This document shows, in pieces, positions 59,706-64,000 of a stretch of 64,000 bases of DNA. Under the pieces are notes generated by a model, which searched no databases, was not told the DNA's origin, and saw only the letters and a program-made list of their open reading frames with translations. The DNA comes from an uncultured Actinomycetota bacterium (GTDB lineage Bacteria; Actinomycetota; Actinomycetes; Mycobacteriales; Pseudonocardiaceae). The stretch lies in NCBI GenBank assembly GCA_963785135.1, contig CAWATV010000009.1:85173-149172 (forward strand). Reading direction: 5' to 3'. The stretch's first letter is position 1, and every line of letters begins with the position of its first letter. The translations under genes and the position numbers were made by a program.

Positions 59706-59999
59706 ATGGGCAAGGGCGCGAAGAAGGGCCGCCGCCGGGAGGGGTCGTGTCCCACGTGCGGGGCCTGCGGCACCGGAGTCCCGGAGGTCCCGCGGGGTCC
59801 GGCCGTGCCGACGAACCTCGCCGCCTACGCCCACGCCGCGTCGCTCACCGGCGCGAAGAAGATCAAGAAGCAGTGCTGCCGGTCGGCGCCGCGCTGCAAG
59901 GGGTGCCCGGTGCTGCTGATGCGCGCGGCGCGCCTGCAGGAGGCCGGCGTGACCGGCAAGGACCTCAAGAAGGCGCTGAAGAAGGCCCGCGCGGCGTAG
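59706..59999 (+). CDS. 97-aa basic Cys-rich protein of unknown function
   Basis: CPTCGAC and KKQCCRSAPRCKGCPV motifs; Lys-rich codon use unlike shadow ORFs; TAGCCT -10 lies 6 nt before the ATG. Confidence 0.75.
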   Translation: MGKGAKKGRRREGSCPTCGACGTGVPEVPRGPAVPTNLAAYAHAASLTGAKKIKKQCCRSAPRCKGCPVLLMRAARLQEAGVTGKDLKKALKKARAA

Positions 60000-60384
60000 G
60001 CCGGGTGCCGCGCAGGGCGGCGGCGAGCGCCGGCAGCACGAGGCGGTCGGCCGGCAGCCAGTCGAGGTCGTCGAGCTCGTCGGGACCCACCCAGGCCAGG
60101 GCGTCGTGCTCGGACGGGGTCGGCTCCCCCTCGGTGGTGCACCACCGGATGCGCAGGACCCGCCCGCCCGGCAGCGGCACCTCCTCGCCCACCGGAGCCC
60201 CGACGACGACGTCGAGCGCGAGCTCCTCGCGGCATTCGCGGGCGAGCGCGGCGGCCTCGTCCTCGCCGTCCTCCACCCCTCCCCCGGGCAGCTCCCACCG
60301 TCCCGCCGCCGGGGCCGGACGGGTCCGGCGCGCCGCGAGCACCCGTCCCCCGCGCACCACCGCCGCGCCCACCACGATCCCCAT
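59965..60384 (-). CDS. NUDIX hydrolase (MutT2-like)
   Basis: IVVGAAVV, WELPGGGVEDGEDEAAALARECREEL, EHDALAW, WLPAD. Confidence 0.88.
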   Translation of the reverse strand: MGIVVGAAVVRGGRVLAARRTRPAPAAGRWELPGGGVEDGEDEAAALARECREELALDVVVGAPVGEEVPLPGGRVLRIRWCTTEGEPTPSEHDALAWVGPDELDDLDWLPADRLVLPALAAALRGTRPTPRGPSSAPS

Positions 60385-60414
60385 GACCCCATGATGGCGT
60401 GCCAGGATGCCCGC

Positions 60415-60714
60415 ATGGCCGAACTGCTGGACGAGGACGCGATCGCCGAGGCCCTGTCCCGACTGCCCGCCTGGGAGCGCGCGGACGACGTGACCATCGC
60501 GCGGTTCGCGAAGCTGCCGAGCTTCCCCGCGGCGATCGAGGTGATCCGGCAGGTCGCCGACCTGGCCGAGGAGAACCAGCACCATCCCGACATGGACATC
60601 CGCTACAACAGCCTGAAGTTCAAGCTCTCCACCCACTCCGAGGGCGGGCTGACGGCCAAGGACACCGACCTCGCGGCGAAGATCGACGCGGTGGTCGACG
60701 CCCACTCCGGCTGA
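60415..60714 (+). CDS. phhB: Pterin-4a-carbinolamine dehydratase
   Basis: AEENQHHPDMDIRY, LSTHSEGGLTAKDTDLA. Confidence 0.92.
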   Translation: MAELLDEDAIAEALSRLPAWERADDVTIARFAKLPSFPAAIEVIRQVADLAEENQHHPDMDIRYNSLKFKLSTHSEGGLTAKDTDLAAKIDAVVDAHSG

Positions 60715-60856
60715 CGACGCTCCGCGTCCGGACGGGTGATCCTGCCCGGCAATCGGGGGACGAAGCCTCCCGCGCGGTGACGGAACGGCTGCGCGCCGCG
60801 ATGTCCGCCGTGTCCGGCCTCCACGGCCGGCGGTCGGACGGGACGGGAGGCACGCC

Positions 60857-61399
60857 GTGGTGCGGAAATGGCTGCTCTCGGCGTTGCTGGGCGCGATGGT
60901 GATGATGTGCTCGGCGCAGGTCGCGGACCTCAGTCCCTCGACGCTCCCCATCCCGGGCTCCGCGGCGACGCGTGTGCCGACCGGGTCGCCGGGGGCCGGA
61001 GGGGCGCCCCTGTCCGACCCGGCCCAGACCGGGGCGGTCCTCCCCGCCGCCCCCGCCGCGCCCGGCCTCCCGGCGGTGGCCGGCGTCCCCGCGCCGGGCG
61101 CCGGCGCCGGCGCGACCGACGGCGTCGCCTCGCCGGCGGGCGCGCGCGGTGGCGCGGGTGCCACGGCAGGCGGCGGGACGGCCTCGGGGTCCGGCGGGAC
61201 CTCGGGCTCCGGCGCGGCGGCGGACCGCGACACGGGCTCGTCGAACGACGCGGGCTCGTCGAGTGGCTCGACCGGGTCCGGGAGCTCGTCGGGGTCGGGC
61301 AGCTCGCCCGCCCCGGCCGCGACCCAGAGCGGTGGCGTGCGCGCCGGGGTGTGCCTGGAGTGGCTCCTCGGCACGTGCGTGCGGGTCAGCCTCGGCTGA
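60857..61399 (+). CDS. Putative secreted Gly/Ser/Ala-rich protein with a C-terminal Cys pair
   Basis: Signal-like MVRKWLLSALLGAMVMMCSA, low-complexity body, C-terminal VCLEWLLGTCVRVSLG. Confidence 0.6.
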   Translation: MVRKWLLSALLGAMVMMCSAQVADLSPSTLPIPGSAATRVPTGSPGAGGAPLSDPAQTGAVLPAAPAAPGLPAVAGVPAPGAGAGATDGVASPAGARGGAGATAGGGTASGSGGTSGSGAAADRDTGSSNDAGSSSGSTGSGSSSGSGSSPAPAATQSGGVRAGVCLEWLLGTCVRVSLG

Positions 61400-62012
61400 G
61401 CTCGCCCGCCGGCACGGTGGCGGTCGTCGCCGTCGTGCGCGCCTCGGCGGCCTGCACGGCGGCGATGGTGGCGTCGAGCAGGTCGATCAGCACCCGGTCA
61501 CGCGCGTCGGTGTCGAGGTCGGCGATGCGGGTGGCCACGAGCAGATGCGCGCAGGCGTGGTTGACCGGACCGACGTGCAGCAGCGTGGCCAGCCGGCCAC
61601 CGCGCCCGTCCTCGCCACGGCCGGGACGCGCGTCCCGGCGGCGTGCGCGCCCGGCCTGCTGCTCGAGGCGACGGCGCAGCCGCGGGAAGAACCGGCTGTC
61701 CGGGTCGAGGGCGAGTCCGGCGGCGGCGATCGTCTCGAGCACGACGGGCCGCACCGCGACCGGGCCGGAGCGGCCGAGCCCGACGAGTGCGACGGCGCGG
61801 GTGCCGAGCTGCTGACGTGCGGTGGACGACACGGCGTCGTTGACCTGCCACGCGATGGCGGCCAGCGCCGGGTGGGTGCAGCGTGGTCGGTCGGTGAAGT
61901 GTTCACCGGCCAGGACCGAGACGTACTCCATCAGACAACTGCCCGCCTGGGCGTCGCGATGGGCTCCGGCCTCGAGGACGGGCAGGCCCTCGGGTACGCG
62001 GGTGGTGGTCAT
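61386..62012 (-). CDS. Conserved hypothetical protein with His/Cys/Glu/Asp motif
   Basis: GAH..GSCLMEYVSVLAGEHFTDRPRCTHPALAAIAWQVND; GGGAGG SD. Confidence 0.75.
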   Translation of the reverse strand: MTTTRVPEGLPVLEAGAHRDAQAGSCLMEYVSVLAGEHFTDRPRCTHPALAAIAWQVNDAVSSTARQQLGTRAVALVGLGRSGPVAVRPVVLETIAAAGLALDPDSRFFPRLRRRLEQQAGRARRRDARPGRGEDGRGGRLATLLHVGPVNHACAHLLVATRIADLDTDARDRVLIDLLDATIAAVQAAEARTTATTATVPAGELSRG

Positions 62013-62130
62013 GGGAGGCCCCCTTCCCGAGCCCGGGCCGTGTCGCCCGGTCGAGGTGACCCAGCGTAGACCGGATCACCGCCGGACGGCAGGCCGGACG
62101 AGGTGGGGAATCGGAGTCCGAGCGGTGCGC

Positions 62131-62838
62131 TCAGCGCTCGGAGCTGATGACGGTGGTCGCCGTGAGGGCGGCGAGCACGGCGCTCACCGTCGGTGACACG
62201 AGGCGACGGATGTCCTGGGCGACGCCGAGCGGGACGTGGCGCCCGCCGGCGATCGCCCGCGCGCGACGGGAGGCCTCCGCCGGGTCGGTGGGGCTCAGGG
62301 ACCGGACGCGCCTGCCGTGATGGAGCAGCACGACGAGCATCGCCACCGCCTCGTCGGGCTCCTCGCCCTCGAGGACGGCGCGCACGGCGGCCCGGTCGTG
62401 GTGCAGCGCGTCGACCTCGTGCACGCGCATCGCCGACCCGAACACCGGCATGGCGAGGTAGCCGAAGACCCGGCGGGGCTCGCGGGCGGCCAGGCCGCGC
62501 TCGACGAGGCGGTCCATCGTCCGGCGGATCATCTGCGCGCCCCGGGCGCCGGTCACGGCGTGCTGCAGGTCGCCCTTCGACCCGCCGCGGACGAGCAGGC
62601 TCTCGGCCACCCACGCGAGCAGCGGGTCGGTGATGTCGACCGGACCGCGGCGGTAGGCGCTCCCCGCGTCGAGCAGGGAGGCGTCCAGCATCAGTTCGAC
62701 CATCGCCGCCGCCACCAGCAGCCCGGCGGGCTCGGTCAGGCTCGAGACCGGACGGCCCTCCTCGTCGCCGAGCACCCAGGCCACGCGCTCGGGCAGGGTC
62801 AGCTCCCCCGTCCGGGGGGACCATCTCTCCGAGCGCAC
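62131..62838 (-). CDS. GPP34/GOLPH3 family protein
   Basis: LTLPERVAWVL, AAAMVELML, DPLLAW, DRLVERGL, RAAVRAVL; start uncertain. Confidence 0.75.
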   Translation of the reverse strand: MRSERWSPRTGELTLPERVAWVLGDEEGRPVSSLTEPAGLLVAAAMVELMLDASLLDAGSAYRRGPVDITDPLLAWVAESLLVRGGSKGDLQHAVTGARGAQMIRRTMDRLVERGLAAREPRRVFGYLAMPVFGSAMRVHEVDALHHDRAAVRAVLEGEEPDEAVAMLVVLLHHGRRVRSLSPTDPAEASRRARAIAGGRHVPLGVAQDIRRLVSPTVSAVLAALTATTVISSER

Positions 62839-62997
62839 GTCGACAGCGTAGGCACGCCGGTCCCCCACTCGTGCGAGCAGTCCCCGGGCGGCACGACCGC
62901 GCGTCGAACGGTCCCGCCGCACGGGCGAACCGACCTCGCCGACCGGTCCCACGGTCGTCACCCGCCGTGGCGCCACCGGTCGCCGGGGACGCGCACG

Positions 62998-63903
62998 TCA
63001 GGGGCGTCCGGCGTGCGGGACGTCGACGGTGGTCGACAGCAGCACCGACTCGCGCGTGGGACGCCGCTCGTGCTCCGCGAACGACGGTGCGGCGCAGAGG
63101 AACAGCGTCCGGCCGTCGTCGCCGCCGAGCATGCAGGCGTAGACCCCGAGGTGGCCGGTGGAGATCTCCTCGAGGACCTCGCCGCCCTCGGCCACCCGCA
63201 GCACCCGGTGGTTCAGGGCGTCGGCCACCCAGATCGCGCCCTCGGTGTCGGCGCAGAGGCCGTCCGGCCCCACGCTCAGGGCACCGAGGGCTTCCGCCAC
63301 GTCGTCCGACGCCGACGGCTCCGAGAACCGCGCCCAGGCGCGGCGGTGCCCCAACCCGCCGTCGTCGGCCACGTCGAAGGCGCTGAGGCGCCCGCCGAAG
63401 GTCTCGGCGACGACGAGCACCCGTCCGGCCGGGCCGTCGAGCAGCACCATGCCGTTGGGGAACAGCAGGTCGTCCGCCACGGTGGCCGGGGTGCCGTCGG
63501 GGGCGACGTAGGTCAACGTCGTCGACCGGACCGCGGCGCCGCTCATGAGGTCGAAGCCGAAGTTGCCGACGTACGCGCCGCCGTGGTGGTCGACGACCAT
63601 GTCGTTGAGCGCGCTCTCCACCATCCCGGACAGGTCGGCGTGCTCGACGAGCTCCCCGGAGTCCTCGCGCCGCAGGATCCTGCGGTCGCGCATCGAGACC
63701 ACCAGCGCGCGCCCGTCGGGGAGGAAGCCCAGGCCGGAGGGCTGCTGCGGGACCTCCGCGATCACCTCGTGGTGGCCGTCGACGCCGATCGCCACGACGC
63801 GCTCGGTGTAGAAGTCCGCCACCCAGAGCCGACCGTCGTGCCAGCGCGGGCACTCCAGGTACGACCAGCCGTCGCTGACGACGTCGAGGGCCCGGTCCGC
63901 CAT
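62998..63903 (-). CDS. SMP-30/gluconolactonase/LRE family protein
   Basis: YLECPRWHDG, LNDMVVD, FPNGM, GPDGLCADTEGAIWVA, YACMLGG. Confidence 0.92.
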   Translation of the reverse strand: MADRALDVVSDGWSYLECPRWHDGRLWVADFYTERVVAIGVDGHHEVIAEVPQQPSGLGFLPDGRALVVSMRDRRILRREDSGELVEHADLSGMVESALNDMVVDHHGGAYVGNFGFDLMSGAAVRSTTLTYVAPDGTPATVADDLLFPNGMVLLDGPAGRVLVVAETFGGRLSAFDVADDGGLGHRRAWARFSEPSASDDVAEALGALSVGPDGLCADTEGAIWVADALNHRVLRVAEGGEVLEEISTGHLGVYACMLGGDDGRTLFLCAAPSFAEHERRPTRESVLLSTTVDVPHAGRP

Positions 63904-64000
63904 CTCGGACTCCGTCTCCCCGGACCTCGCTGTCCGGTGCGTCGACGCGGTGATCTCCGGGACGCTGCATCGGGTGCCTCCGGGGTGTCAAGCACTCCCG

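Noticed and set aside
57429-60599. 1056-aa minus-strand ORF
   Set aside because: Off-frame run-through; only the last 200 or so codons are the lpqW-like C-terminus beyond the indel
1-64000. tRNA, rRNA, IS elements, integrases, prophage
   Set aside because: No cloverleaf or T-loop in intergenic DNA, no transposase or integrase motifs, and no obvious low-GC island

Overview
High-GC actinobacterial chromosomal DNA. Gene content and order point to a Pseudonocardiaceae-like organism (inference). The window is about 70 densely packed, mostly housekeeping genes. From left to right: FAD monooxygenase, menB, an SDR, a 1246-aa polysaccharide deacetylase/GT2 synthase/acyltransferase fusion, moeZ, the DUF3152-TetR-DUF3107-ferritin-like-rhlE block, a RecB-nuclease/PHP/PH-domain operon, corA, three genes resembling the lower ethylmalonyl-CoA pathway (MaoC hydratase, acyl-CoA dehydrogenase, CoA-ester lyase), mgtE-N/DUF1003/mrp, a MarR-dioxygenase pair, a class III adenylate cyclase, sigE-rseA-htrA-tatB, pepA, tag, gpgS-folP2-LOG-LOG-dapE, dapD, dapC-fdxA, mshB, a peptide ABC transporter, an lpqW-like lipoprotein, mutT2/phhB and several hypotheticals. 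I found no rRNA, tRNA, CRISPR array, transposase or integrase. Most long ORFs in the supplied track are antisense or off-frame shadows typical of high GC and were discarded; many starts were re-picked from SD or leaderless -10 signals. Eight apparent single-base indels break seven otherwise intact genes, including the normally essential dapD, so the assembly probably carries indel errors. The best leads are the one-polypeptide exopolysaccharide machine, a leaderless Cys-rich basic protein where typA normally sits, a strong-SD uORF ahead of corA, and a CTG-initiated rhlE with a hairpin over its SD. All family assignments come from motif recognition by eye, not from database searches.
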